Assembly: GCA_047459655.1 (NCBI GenBank)
Contig: JAJREF010000001.1
Coordinates: forward strand, 512,001 to 576,000
Source: Rhabdochlamydiaceae bacterium
GTDB lineage: Bacteria; Chlamydiota; Chlamydiia; Chlamydiales; Rhabdochlamydiaceae
Direction of reading: 5' to 3'
DNA length: 64,000 nucleotides
Shown here: positions 30,827 through 43,796 of the stretch, piece by piece
Layout: each line of letters begins with the position of its first letter
How positions within the stretch are numbered: position 1 is the first letter of the stretch
Notes under the pieces: generated by a model
What the model was told of the DNA's origin: nothing
Databases searched by the model: none
Seen by the model: the letters and a program-made list of their open reading frames with translations, nothing else
Made by a program: the position numbers and the translations under genes

Positions 30827-33399
30827 AAACCTCAAGTTAACGATCAAAAATGCTCAGTTGGCAGAAGCCTTAAAAAAAATTTAAGAAGCCAGAAGAACCT
30901 GCTAAAAAAAAGGCTGAAAAAGTCAAAAAAGCAGTCAGAAGAAGCCCCTCTGCCCGAAGTGGTAGAGCCAGCACCTATTCTAGCTCCTATTGAACCACCA
31001 CCTGTCCAAAAGCCAGAAGTTGTACAAGCTCCGCCACCTCCAGAGCCTGAAGTGACTCCCGGCCCTCCTGTACAATCTAAGGTTGAGCCCAAGCCTAAGC
31101 CAGAACTGAAAATTGGAAGCACGCGCCCTGCACCCGAACGACGCATCTTCTCTTCCCCTAATTCTACTAAACCAGCTGGCCCTAAAGCGCCTCATGTGAA
31201 GCCACCTATGCCTGCTGGGTTTACCCCCCGATCAGAGGTCGTTGCTGGAGGAGGAAGGCAATATCCTTCTACTTACCGCCCCCCAGGACAACATCCCTAC
31301 AGACCTGGCGGCAGACCACCTTTTGATAATCGACCCTTTTCTGGATCGCCTTCATCACGCCCAGGTGGAAGACCCCTTTACGCTCGATTCCCCTTCCCCA
31401 AAAAGATGCTTCTAGATCAGAGGCTCCCAAAAAACATCCCTCTAAAGATGAAAAGGGTTCAAAGATTTTACCGAATATAAACCAGCCAAAAAGACAGCAG
31501 AAGGAGAGCGCTCCTTTGACTCTCGAGATAGACAAGGTCTTAGGGCTGATGAAGATCAGATTTGGAGAAAACGCAAAAGATCAGGGCCCAAGTTCCGCTC
31601 TCAGGAAGAAGAAGTTATTAGACCCAAGTCTTTACATATCCGTATTCCGATCACCATCAAAGATCTCGCAGCTGAAATGAAGTTAAAAGCCTCTCAACTC
31701 GTTGCTAACCTCTTTATGAAGGGACTCGTGCTCACTCTCAATGACCTCTTGGATGATGAAACAACGATCCAACTCCTAGGCCATGATTTTGACTGTGAAT
31801 TGACAATTGATACAAGCGAAGAAGAAAGACTACAAATCACCGATAAAACCATCAAGCAAGAAATCGCAGAAACATCAGCAGATGAGCTGCAGCTGACGTA
31901 GCCCTGTTGTGACATTCATGGGACACGTCGATCATGGTAAAACAAGCTTGATCGATGCAATCCGCAAATCAAACGTAGCCCAAGGGGAAGCAGGCGCAAT
32001 CACTCAGCACATTGGCGCTTTTAGATGCCACACAGCCGTCGGTGATATCACTATTCTTGATACACCGGGCCATGAAGCCTTTTCTGCAATGAGAACAAGA
32101 GGTGCTGACGTGACCGATCTCGTCGTCCTTGTTATTGCAGGAGATGAGGGAATTCGAGCGCAGACAATCGAAGCCCTTAAACAGGCGGAAGAAGCTAAAG
32201 TACAAGTGCTCGTCGCTATCAATAAAATGGATAAGCCTGGGTTCAACGCCGATAACATTTACCGCCAACTCTCAGAACATAATTTACTTCCAGAAGTTTG
32301 GGGTGGACAAACCATTACCGTTAATTGCTCAGCCATCACAGGCGCTGGCATTAAAGAACTACTTGAAACGCTTGCTCTCCAGGCTGAAGTTCTTGAACTC
32401 AAAGCCAATCCCCGCATGCGTGCAAGAGGCAGTGTAATCGAATCTCAAATGCATAAAGGTTTTGGCGCTGTGACAACCGTACTCGTCCAAAACGGAACTC
32501 TCAACCTTGGCGATGCGCTTGTCTTCGACCAAGAATGGGGACGCGTTAAAACAATGCATGACGAGTTTGGCAATAGCCTCGAACATGCCGCCCCTTCAAC
32601 CCCTGTAAAAATCACAGGCCTTTCAGGGCTTCCTGAAGCAGGTTCTGAATTCATTGTGGTTAAAAATGAGAAAGAAGCGAGACTTCTTTCTGAAGGAAGA
32701 CTCCATATTCGCAAACACGTTGCTCTCCAAGTGAAAAAAGCAGGTGTCGAAGGCCTACTCCAAGATCAAGCGCAAAAACAAGAGAAAAAAGTTCTTCACT
32801 TGATATTGCGCGCTGACGTTCAAGGATCTTTGGAAGCGCTCAAACAATCGATTGAAAAAATACAGTCGGAAAAAATCAATGTCCTGATTATCTCTGCAGA
32901 AGTGGGTGCTATCTCTGAATCTGATATTCAACTAGCTGGAGCCTCTAAAGCAACTATCATTGGATTCCATACGCAAGTTGAAACAAGAGCGGAAAGTTTA
33001 ATTAAATCTCTCAAGGTTAAAGTTCGTCTCCACGATATTATCTACCATGCTATCGATGACATCAAAGAAATCATGGTTTCTCTCTTGGATAAAATCGCGC
33101 AAGAAAATGACACAGGTGAAGCTCTTGTAAAAGCCATCTTTAAATCATCTCAACTTGGCAGTATTGCCGGTTGCCAAGTGACTGAAGGAACGATCCGTCG
33201 CAATAACCATATCCGCCTTGTGCGCGACAAAGAAGTCCTCTGGAAAGGCCCCCTTGCTTCTCTCAAACGTCTCAAAGACGATGCCAAAGAAGTGTCAAAA
33301 GGCATGGAATGCGGAATCCTCTTGCAAGGATTTACGGCTCTGAAAGAGGGAGACCTGATTCAAGCCTATGATCTTTTCTATCTCACCCAGGAATTATAA
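30819..33399 (+). CDS. infB: translation initiation factor IF-2 (frameshifted)
   Basis: TTG-AKNLKL start, Pro-rich linker, [17 protein letters not shown] and NKMD. Confidence 0.96.
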
Positions 33400-33402
33400 A
33401 AA

Positions 33403-33782
33403 ATGAGCAGCAAACGGATCGATAAAGTCAACTCTCTGCTCAAAGAAGTGATCTCCGAAGTGATTGCAAGGGATGTACGCAACCCCAGAGTGAACACTCT
33501 TGTAACAGTCCTCGGCGTTAGTATCGCTAAAGACCTACATAATGCTACCGTCTATATCAGTGTGATTGGCTCAGAACAAGAAAAGCAGGAAACGCTTGCA
33601 GCTCTTCAGTCAGCAGCTGGCTTTATTTCTGTCCATGCCTCTAAAAAAGTCACTATGCGGTATTTTCCCTCTCTGATTTTCTCTCTTGACTCTTCCATTG
33701 AAGAGCATTTAAAAATCCACGAGATCTTGGAAAAAATCCATGATGAAAACAATCTCGCCAGACCCATACTACCGATGAATGA
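33403..33782 (+). CDS. rbfA: ribosome-binding factor A
   Basis: [25 protein letters not shown] and MRYFPSL; joined to truB in the ORF track, probably by an indel. Confidence 0.9.
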
Positions 33783-34419
33783 AGGCATTCTTCTTGTTGA
33801 TAAGCCAAAAGGTAAAACATCTTTTAGTTTAGTGTCCGCCCTTCGTAGAAAAACCGGCATCCAAAAGATCGGCCATGCAGGAACACTAGATCCTTTTGCA
33901 ACAGGCCTGATGATCATGCTGATTGGAAAAACATTTACACGCCTTTCTGATCAATATCTAATACAAGAAAAAGAATACGAGTGCACCGTGCGTCTTGGCA
34001 TTACAACTGACACGTACGACTGCGAGGGGAAAGTAGTCCAAATCTCTTCTCATATTCCCTCCCTTTCCGACATCGAAACCTCTTTAACCCAGTTCAATGG
34101 AACCATCCTTCAAATCCCCCCTATGTTTTCTGCCAAAAAAATAAAGGGCAAAAAATTATATGAACTCGCAAGAAAAGGGATATCTGTTGAAAGAGCGCCC
34201 GTCTCTGTTACCCTGAAGACAACCCTAATCTCTTATACTTACCCCCACCTTAAACTACACATTGTCTGCTCAAAAGGGACCTACATCCGCAGCCTTGCTT
34301 ATGATTTAGGAACTCTTCTTACATGTGGAGCTCATCTTGATGAGTTGCGCAGACTTCGCTCTGGATCTTTTTCTATCGATCAAGCCATCAATGGAGCGCT
34401 CCTCTATGCAGATCATTGA
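33775..34419 (+). CDS. truB: tRNA pseudouridine-55 synthase
   Basis: [22 protein letters not shown] and [10 protein letters not shown]. Confidence 0.95.
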   Translation: MNEGILLVDKPKGKTSFSLVSALRRKTGIQKIGHAGTLDPFATGLMIMLIGKTFTRLSDQYLIQEKEYECTVRLGITTDTYDCEGKVVQISSHIPSLSDIETSLTQFNGTILQIPPMFSAKKIKGKKLYELARKGISVERAPVSVTLKTTLISYTYPHLKLHIVCSKGTYIRSLAYDLGTLLTCGAHLDELRRLRSGSFSIDQAINGALLYADH

Positions 34420-34962
34420 ATCACTCGAAGATATCCCTTCCCTCACAGGCCCCATTTCTTTAGCTATTGGCAACTTCGATGGTGTTCACCCAGGCCATCT
34501 ATACTTGATCAGCGAACTCAAGAAAAGAGGGGTACCTGTCATCATCACCTTTCGCAATCACCCAGCGGAGATCCTCTATCGAGACAAAACCCCTACACCT
34601 CTCTGCTCTCTAGAAAAAAAACTCCATTTTTTAGAATCAGCAGGTGTTGAACTTATTATTCTTCTCTCTTTTACCCCTGAGATCGCTTCAACAACGTATG
34701 ATGTCTTCTTAAAAAGATAAAAAAACACCTCCCCTTTCAAACATTTATCGCAGGGAAAGGTGACACCTTCGGCTTTCAAAGACAAGGCACTGAAGAGCGC
34801 ATCAAATCTCTTCAATCTGAGCTTGACTTCGAAGCCATCTATCTAGAAAAATTTATATTTCAAGGAAAGCCCATTTCCTCAACCCGGATCAGAGAACTCC
34901 TTGCCAAAGGAGAAATAACCGAGGCACAAATGCTTTTACACTTAGAGGTTATAAAACAATAA
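34406..34962 (+). CDS. ribF: RibF FAD synthetase (FMN adenylyltransferase) domain; riboflavin kinase domain absent
   Basis: [11 protein letters not shown] and [10 protein letters not shown], then a stop at 34960-34962. Confidence 0.85.
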
Positions 34963-35017
34963 AATGAACGATTTTGCGCTGGTCAAATCGTTCATTTTAT
35001 TGTTTTACAACCCCTTA
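34943..35017. repeat. 75-bp palindrome overlapping the ribF 3' end
   Basis: ggttataaaacaataaaatgaacgattt pairs with aaatcgttcattttattgttttacaacc (one mismatch). Confidence 0.85.
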
Positions 35018-35034
35018 CAAAAAGGTTTTAAATT

Positions 35035-36131
35035 ATGCCAGATCTTGCTTGCGGTATTGTAGGCCTGCCGAATGTTGGAAAATCGACCCTCTTCAATGCC
35101 CTTACTCGTAAAATGGCAGCAGCTGCTGCTAATTATCCTTTTTGCACCATTGATCCTAACGTCGGGATTGTCGATGTCGAAGACTCTAGACTCTCCATCC
35201 TCTCCAAAATCTCAGGAAGCAAGAAACTCATCCCTGCCACCGTTACATTTGTTGACATTGCAGGTCTTGTAAAAGGCGCTTCCCAAGGAGAAGGCCTCGG
35301 CAATCAATTTCTGACCAACATCCGAGAGACCGATGCGATCATCCATGTTGTCCGCTGTTTTGCAGAAGGAGATGTCATCCACGTTGCAGGAAAAGTCGAT
35401 CCGATTGCTGATATTGAAGTCATTAACCTAGAACTTATCCTCTCTGATCTCCAAATGATCGATAACATCATTAAAAAACTAGAGAAACAAATCAAAACAA
35501 AAAAAGAATTTGAAGGGATACTCCAAACACTCCAAAAAGCCAACATCCACCTCAATCAAAATAAACCCCTCCGCTCTTTCTCTTGCACTCCAGAAGAAAA
35601 AGCCCACCTTGCTCTCTACCCCTTCCTAACAAATAAAAAAGTCCTGTATGCTGCAAATGTCGATGAGGCTTCCCTTCCTTCCATGGAAAATCCCTTTGTT
35701 CAGCAAGTGAGGGAGCACGCTGAAAAAGAAGGCAACTCCGTAATCCCTATCTGCGCGAAATTGGAAGAAGAGCTAGGACAACTCACTGTAGAAGAGGCAG
35801 CCGAATTTCTCCAAACCCTCGGCCTCCAAGAAACAGGACTCAACCGCCTCATTAGATCGGCCTTTACAACCCTTGACATGATCACCTACATCACAACCGG
35901 TGAAATTGAGACAAGAGCCTGGCCGATCAAAAAGGAACTCCCGCGCAGGAAGCTGCCGGCAAAATCCATACCGATATCCAAAAAGGATTCATCAGAGCTG
36001 AAGTCGTCTCCTTCAATGATATGGTAAAATATAAAGGTAGAGTCGGCGCAAGAGACGCTGGCAAAGCAAAATCAGAAGGAAAAGAGTACATCGTCCAAGA
36101 TGGCGATGTCGTTCTTTTCTTTCACAATTAG
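35035..36131 (+). CDS. ychF: redox-regulated ATPase YchF (frameshift near 35930)
   Basis: [22 protein letters not shown] and [17 protein letters not shown]. Confidence 0.96.
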
Positions 36132-36136
36132 AAACT

Positions 36137-37233
36137 ATGGACCAAATCTTTGTTACATGCCCCGGTAGTGTAGAACTTCTGCTCTTAGATGAGCTGAAAG
36201 AGATGGGAATTGAGGGCAAGAAGAGCCTGAGGGGTGTTTTTGTCCCCAAAACCCCTGAAAATGTCTACACGATTAACTACAATTCAAGACTGGCTACAAG
36301 AGTATTGTGGCCGCTTGTGAACTTCCGCTGCCGCCATAAAGATGATCTCTATAACTTCGCAAAAAAAATCAACTGGAGTCTCTATATTCAGGCAGGGAAA
36401 ACATTTGCCATTGACTCGAACGTCTCCCACCCGAACCTCCGCAATAGCTTATTTGCCGCTTTTATTGTCAAAGATGCCATCTGCGATCAGTTCCGCGAAA
36501 AAACAGGCGTAAGGCCCTCTATTGATGTTGCCCATCCCGATGTCCAACTCAATCTCTTCATCAACAATGAACAAGCCATTCTCAGCCTCGATACTTCAGG
36601 TGATCCCCTTTTTAAAAGAGGCTATAGACAGTCGACAGGACCTGCTCCCATCCAAGAATCAGTTGCCGCTGCCATTCTTAGAAAAATCGGCTACACCTCT
36701 TCTGACATCCTCATCGATCCCTTTTGTGGGTCGGGGACTTTTCTCATTGAAGCAGCCTTGATTGCCACTCAAACACCCCCTGGCTTTTTTAGAAAAAAAT
36801 GGGGATTCATCAATCTTCCCGATTTTTCTGAAGAGATATGGCAAGCCACTAAAGCTGCCCTTGATAGCAAAAGAATTTCTTTAACTCCTGACACAATCTT
36901 TGGCTATGATAAAGACCGTGTAACCCTTCAATCATGCCTTCAAAATGTCCGCTTTACCAAATTCCCCATCACCTGTGACATCTCTGATATCCAGCGCCTC
37001 TCTCCCAAAAAGCTTCCCACACTCCTTATTGGGAATCCCCCTATGGGAAAAGACTCGAGACCTCCAAAGATCCCTACATCGGCTTTGGCCAACTCTTAAA
37101 AGCTTGCCCCCACACAAGAGCTGCTCTCCTTAGCCCCGATGAATACCTCATCAAAGCAACTGGCCTCCCCTTCAAAAAAGCTGCCTCCTTCTATAACGGT
37201 GGCCTCGACATCGGCCTATTTATCTTAGGCTAA
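36137..37233 (+). CDS. THUMP-domain RNA methyltransferase, RlmL-like (late frameshift)
   Basis: VKDAICDQFR, LFKRGYR, DPFCGSGT and NPP motifs. Confidence 0.88.
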
Positions 37234-37377
37234 ACCATAGAGCTGAAACGCAGCATTATGGCATGTCTAATATTTCTTATTTAGGATAACGCTCCATTTT
37301 AGTACTCTTATGGGAAACCTTTTGATGCGCTCAAATGTATCTTTATTTTGTGCACATGGTATAAATAGTATTAACTC

Positions 37378-38442
37378 ATGGCTGAAAAAACAGAAAAGGC
37401 GACCCCGAAGAAGCTACGTGATGCAAGAAAAAAGGGGCAAGTCGCTAAATCACAAGACTTCCCCTCAGCTTTCACATTCGTTGTCTCGATTGCGATGACC
37501 TTGATGAGCGCTAGGTATCTATTTCAGCAGATGGGCAGTTACCTCATTTATTGCTTTCGTAACATCTCAGGCAATATTGATCTTCAAAATAGAGCCGGGG
37601 GTTATTTAGGCGAATGCATGATGGTGATTTTAAATGCAAGCTTGCCCATTGCTATCATCACAGCTCTCATGGGAGTTTTGGTTAATTTCTTAATTATAGG
37701 ACCTGTTTTTTCATCTGAAGTGCTTAAAATCGACGTGAAAAGGCTGAACCCTGTGACTAATCTGAAAAACATGTTTAAAATAAAAACATTAGTCGAATTA
37801 ATCAAGTCGGTTTTGAAAATCACTGGAGCGTGTATTTTAATCTACAGCGTTGTATACAACAGCGTTCCTCAGATTATAGCTACTGCTGCAATGCCCATCT
37901 TAGGAACAACGGAAGTTTTTTCCAGCTTTCTTTTTAAAGTTATTATACGTGTAGGAATTTTTTTTGTCTTTGTTGCTATCTTGGACCTAACCTTTCAAAA
38001 ACAAAACTTTATGAAAGAAATGAAAATGGAAAAATTTGAGGTCAAGCAAGAGCATAAAGATACAGAAGGGGATCCTCATATCAAAGGTAAGCGTCGCCAA
38101 GCAGCTCAAGAAATTGCCTATCAAGAAGGCCCAGGGGCCACCAAAAGAGCAAGAACTGTCATTACAAATCCTGTGCACTTAGCAGTTGCTATCGACTATG
38201 CAGAAGAAAAAGAGCCAGCCCCTCGGATCTTAACAATGGGCAAAGGCCTCGTAGCCGATCAAATCATCCGTATTGCCCAACAAGAGCATGTCCCCATTAT
38301 GAGAAATGTCGAACTCGCACAAAAGCTTTTCAGTAATGGGAAAATAGGTGATTATATACCTGAGGATACCTTTGAAGCTGTGGCCGAGATTTTGCATTGG
38401 CTTAAAAAATTGGAAGAAGAAAATTTGGAGTTATTTAAGTGA
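37378..38442 (+). CDS. sctU: type III secretion export switch protein SctU (CdsU)
   Basis: EKTEKATPKKLRDAR, EGDPHIK and the NPVH autocleavage-site variant. Confidence 0.95.
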   Translation: MAEKTEKATPKKLRDARKKGQVAKSQDFPSAFTFVVSIAMTLMSARYLFQQMGSYLIYCFRNISGNIDLQNRAGGYLGECMMVILNASLPIAIITALMGVLVNFLIIGPVFSSEVLKIDVKRLNPVTNLKNMFKIKTLVELIKSVLKITGACILIYSVVYNSVPQIIATAAMPILGTTEVFSSFLFKVIIRVGIFFVFVAILDLTFQKQNFMKEMKMEKFEVKQEHKDTEGDPHIKGKRRQAAQEIAYQEGPGATKRARTVITNPVHLAVAIDYAEEKEPAPRILTMGKGLVADQIIRIAQQEHVPIMRNVELAQKLFSNGKIGDYIPEDTFEAVAEILHWLKKLEEENLELFK

Positions 38443-40571
38443 AGAAGTTTTTTAGTGACTTGTTAAGAAATCTCGGAGGGGAAAAAGCTCTGCGAACTGT
38501 GAGCCGCTCTGCAGATGTTATGCTAGCTTTCTTTGTCGTCTTGATCGTGATGATGATCATCATCCCTATCTCCCCCACTTTTCTTGATAACCTCATAGCC
38601 ATTAATTTAACTGTTTCGATATCACTACTCATGGTAGCTCTCTACATTCAAAAAGCTGTGAACCTCTCTATATTCCCCTCACTCTTGCTCCTGACTACGA
38701 TGTTCAGGCTGGGGATTGAGATTTCAGCAACGCGTCAAATTCTTCTCCATGCCTATGCAGGCCACATCATTCAAACCTTTGGACAGTTTGTGGTAGGAGG
38801 AAGCTTCATCGTCGGTATCGTCGTCTTTCTTATCATTACAATTGTACAATTCATTGTCGTAACAAAGGGTGCCGAGAGGGTTGCTGAGGTAGCCGCTAGA
38901 TTCACGCTAGATGCGATGCCAGGTAAGCAGATGAGTATCGATGCCGACATGCGCAGCGGGGTTATCGATGCCAACCAAGCAAGAGAACTCAGGCTAGCCC
39001 TTACCAAAGAGAGTCAGTTGTACGGAGCGATGGATGGTGCGATGAAGTTCGTAAAAGGGGACGTCATTGCTAGTATCGTGATTGCCGTTATTAACATCAT
39101 TGGAGGCCTTATCATTGGTATTTCCATACATGGTATGAGCGCAATGCAAGCAGCCAAAGTTTATACCCTCTCTCTATCGGGAGGCGGCCTTATCTCTCAA
39201 ATTCCTTCCCTATTGATCTCTTTAACAGCTGGTATCGTGACTACGCGTGTTTCTAGTGAGAAAAAAGATGCAAGCTTGGGGAAGGAAGTCTCTTCCCAGC
39301 TACTAGGGCAACCGAAAGCAATCATGATTGCAGCAGCTGTACTTTTATTGATGGCGCTTATCCCTGGCTTTCCTAAAATCATCTTTATTTGCTTAGCCAT
39401 ACTTTTAGCAAGTATCTCCTTTGTGACACAGTATAAAGCAAAACAAGCGTTGCAAAAATCTATGGGGGGAACGATTGCCGCATCCACCGATACTGATGTC
39501 CCAGGACACTCTATGGTTCGTGGACCAAGCGATGAGTATGCTCTTACTCTGCCCATTATTTTAGAGGTGGGAAAAAGCCTTTCAACTTTGATTAAAAAAG
39601 ATAAACAGGGACACTCTTTTGTTGAAGAGATGATCCCAAAAATGAGAAGTGCCCTCTACCAGGATTTGGGAGTGCGTTTCCCTGGCATTCATGTGCGCAC
39701 CGATTCCCCTACCTTAGAAAGTGATGAGTATGCAATCTCCCTCAATGAAGTTCCCATTGTAAGAGGAAAAATTTTAGAAGGAGCTCTTCTTGTCAAAGAA
39801 GCTCCCGAGATTCTCAAAAAATACAATCTCCCTTTTACACAGGCTAAAACAACCTTTGGCCAGCCCTCTTTGTGGGTTGAGCTCAAATATCAAGAAATTC
39901 TTCAAAAAGCGGGCATTAAATTCTGGAAACCCCTTGATGTAATGATCCTGCATCTTTCCCACTTTTACCGTACACATGCCGCTGACTTTATCGGCATTCA
40001 AGAAGTCAGAGGAATTTTAGAGTTTGTCGAAAAATCTTTCCCCGATCTTGTCAAAGAAGTCACGAGGCTTGTTCCTTTACAAAAACTCACAGAGATATTT
40101 AAACGCCTCGTGCAAGAACAAATTTCAATTAAAGATCTCCGCACGATTTTAGAAGCTCTCTCTGAATGGGCGCAGACAGAAAAAGACACCGTCTTATTGA
40201 CCGAATATGTAAGATCATCTCTTAAGCGCTATATCAGCTACAAATACTCCCAGGGGCAGTCTGTACTTGCCGCGTATATCCTTGACCCTGAAATTGAAGA
40301 CATGGTAAGAGGAGCGATTAAACAAACATCTGCAGGCTCTTACCTAGCGCTAGACACAGATGCAACGCAGTTGATATTGCATGCCATGCGATCAACCATC
40401 GTTCCAACTCCCCTAGGAGGACAGCCCCCTGTTCTTTTTACCGCTATCGATGTTCGCAGGTTTGTCCGTAAGTTAATTGAGGGAGAATTCCCAGATATGG
40501 CTGTCTTATCTTATCAAGAACTCGTGCCAGAAATCCGAATCCAGCCTTTAGGTAGAATTCAACTCTCCTCA
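38439..40571 (+). CDS. sctV: type III secretion export gate SctV (CdsV/LcrD); the expected stop reads TCA
   Basis: KGAERVAEVAARFTLDAMPGKQMSID, GAMDGAMKFVKGD and C-terminal VLSYQELVPEIRIQPLGRI; about 710 aa. Confidence 0.95.
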
Positions 40572-40583
40572 GGAATAGAAATC

Positions 40584-41803
40584 ATGCCTGAACACTTTAG
40601 CAGTCAACCAACGCAGCCCGTTCACGCAGGTGATGCTGCGCGCGCCCAACAGGCCGCTGAAAAACTTCGCCTTGCCCAATATGCCGTTGCACTCGACAGC
40701 GCTATCGATGAGTTCAAAGACTGGAGCGATACTTCCGCCTCTTTCAATCCCATGAATATGTCTCGTAACTTTGCCACTCTAGAACAACGTCGAGGAAGGG
40801 ACCGCGGAAGAACTGATGAGAGCAACAAAACTCACGAAGCAGATAAAGAAGAAGAAGCTTTAGATGAAGTTGTTCCCATCGAAAAAGTCGAAGAAACCTC
40901 AGAACAATTTCACAGAAAAAACCAAGAACTGCAACAGCGGACACTCCTTCTTTTACGCTCCCGACTCTCTACCAAAGATTCTGCGGAAGATGTCTTAAAA
41001 AAGTCAGCGAATTTTATAAAGATACTTTTTTGGCCGATGAAGCCCTTGACTTCTTAATTGAAACCTCCCGCGGTCGTATTCAAGATATTGTACGCGAGGC
41101 TAAAGCAAACCTCAATCGAGACTTCGAAAGAGAAATCAAAGCTGGTAAAAACATCTTCTCACAATCCCAGGCATTTGCCGCAAAAGGCATCGGGATACCC
41201 ACCTCTTTACGAGACCTCTACCGAGATATTACGGGTAATCCCCGAGAAGCTGCTGTCCTTTTTGAAGAGCTGACTAATAATTACCCTTTTGACAAATTAA
41301 AAACAGTGATCAATTTCATCCTCCACTCTCTTGGCGCAGACATGAAAGCAAAAGGCTCCTCCATTTCCCGTCCTGAGCTGTCCCGCCTTTTCACAGAAAC
41401 TAAAAATATGCAAGCAATACTCGGCATTTTTAGATTCTTTCTATCTCGCATGCGCATGATAACCAGCTCCTTTGCGCGGGAAGGAATTACTTGCCCTGAA
41501 AAAATCAACTTCGAAGCTTTAGCTAAAGCCTTCATGCGCTTTTTGCAAGAAAGATACCCTTCTGTCGATAAAGCCCTCCAGCTTGCTTTCCAATTTGATT
41601 TGGATAAAAAAATTGCCGCCCAAATTATTTTGTATATTCAATTCCGCGACGCCATGCGACAAGTCTCTTCAAAGCTTTTCAGAGATGAAAGGCAAAAACA
41701 AGAATTTCTCCTCTGTTTTATGGACACCTTAGAAGAGCTTGAAGAGCAGCTCGAAGAAGAACTTGAAGAAGAACACAAAAGAAAAAAACAAGAAGGAGGA
41801 TAA
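40584..41803 (+). CDS. copN: type III secretion gatekeeper CopN (SctW), frameshift near 41000
   Basis: Position between sctV and a chaperone gene; LADEALDFL, SLRDLYRDIT and AMRQVSSKLF blocks. Confidence 0.85.
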
Positions 41804-42257
41804 TGGATAGGTTCTTACTCTTGTTAGATGACCTAGGCACGCTGATTGGCCTTCCTTTGCATGTAAACCAAAAAGGCCTCTGCCAAATCAACATCAACAA
41901 TCAACTCCATATCCAGCTTGCAAATGAATCTGAAAAAGAAAGAATCCTCGTTGCCACCTTTGTCTCCGATATCCCTCCGGGGAAATTTAAAGAAAATATT
42001 TTTTAGAAACTTTAAAAGCAAATCACCCTTATCCCCGCATCGGAACATTTTCCTATTCTGAAAAAAACAACCAACTTGCTTTTTTCTCTCACGTCTACTA
42101 CCTGAATTTAAATGGAGACACCCTTGCTGATTTTTTAGAAAAATTTATCGAAAAAGCACTCTCTTGGAAAATAGGGATTGAAACAGGCCACCTTCCCCAG
42201 CACGGTGAAAGCATCCACAAAGTAGGCCCTTCCATCTTCGATATAAAAACTAAATGA
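41803..42257 (+). CDS. scc1: CesT/SycE-family T3SS chaperone Scc1 (frameshifted)
   Basis: About 150 codons; LLDDLG.LIGLPL and IPPGKFKENIF; directly after copN. Confidence 0.8.
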
Positions 42258-43796
42258 ACTTCAATAACTACCCCACTTATAAAGCCTGGGAAAAAATTGG
42301 AAAACGCCCCAGAAATGGCATCAACCTCCCCCTCTTTCCTTACATAGCAAAAATAGCTGTGGCATTGGAGAATTCCTTGATCTCATTCCCCTCATCGATT
42401 GGTGTGCGCAAGTAGGATTCGATGTTATCCAGCTCCTCCCCTTAAATGACTCTGGAAGCGATCCCTCCCCTTACAATGCAATCTCTTCCTGCGCCCTTAA
42501 CCCGATTTATCTTTCTCTTTACAAACTTCCCCATGCTAAACTCCCTCCAATCACCCCGAATAACTCCCCTCGCTTTGTATACAATGACATCCAAAGCTTT
42601 AAGCTCAACTTTCTCCGCAATTACTGTGAAGCATATGGAGAAGATTTCATCAAGACAACATCCTTCCAGACATTTATTAAACATAACTCCTGGCTATCCT
42701 ACTACTCCCTTTTCAAAGTGTTGAAAGATAGAGTAGGACAAAATAGTTGGACCACCTGGCCCCCTGAGTTAAAAGAGCCCGACTATCCCCTACTCTTTGA
42801 AAAACATGCCCATGAGATGCTCATCTACATCCTCATTCAATACTTTGCATTTCAACAACTCTCAGATGTTAGAAAATATGCGTCTGCCCGCGGCGTCCTC
42901 CTCAAAGGAGATATCCCCATTTTGATCAGCCCCGATAGCTCCGATACCTGGATGAAACCCGAGCTTTTCGACTTTTCTTTGGCCGCAGGTGCGCCTCCCG
43001 ATGATTACAACGCTGAAGGACAGTACTGGGGATTTCCTATTTTCAATTGGGATATCGTCAAAAAAGAAAACTTTAACTGGTGGAAAACCCGCCTTGAAGT
43101 CGCTGCTAACTACTACGATCTTTATCGCATCGACCATGTCGTCGGATTCTTTCGCATTTGGGCAATAGCCCTCAATGCCCCTGCCAAAGAAGGGAAGTTC
43201 ATCCCAGAAAATCCAGCTCTGTGGGTTCCTCAAGGAGAGGAAATCCTGCATATGATGATCGATGCTTGCCCCATGCTCCCCATCGCAGAAGACTTAGGAA
43301 TCATTCCTCCTTCCGTCCGTGCATGCCTGCTCAAACTCGGCATCTGTGGAACAAAAGTGATGCGCTGGGAAAGAAAATACGAGGGTGATAAAGCCTTTAT
43401 ACCCTTTACCGACTACCCAGTTATCTCCCTTACAACCGTCTCTACCCATGATTCTGAAACACTCCAACTCTGGTGGCACAACTCCCCTGCAGAAGCAAAA
43501 GACTTTGCTGCCTTTAAAGGATGGACATATTCCCCGATCTTTCCTTTGATCAAAGAGTAACAATACTCCATGATGCCCACCACACCGCAAGCATTTTCCA
43601 CATTAATCTACTCCAAGAGTACTTAGCCCTCTTTCCCGAACTCAGCTGGCCCAATCCCCTGGATGAACGGATCAACATCCCCGGCACCGTCCTTCCCACT
43701 AACTGGAGCTACCGCTTCCGCCCCAGTATAGAAGAGATACTCGCGCACAAACCACTCAAAGAAGCCATCCAAAAGATTTTAAATTCTCCTAGCTAA
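42254..43796 (+). CDS. malQ: 4-alpha-glucanotransferase (amylomaltase), frameshifted
   Basis: GIGEFLDL, QLLPLND, KGDIPI, YRIDHVVG, AEDLG and STHD. Confidence 0.95.

Noticed and set aside
33403..34419. RbfA-TruB fusion ORF
   Set aside because: A single indel near 33745 restores separate overlapping genes, and truB has its own ATG at 33775
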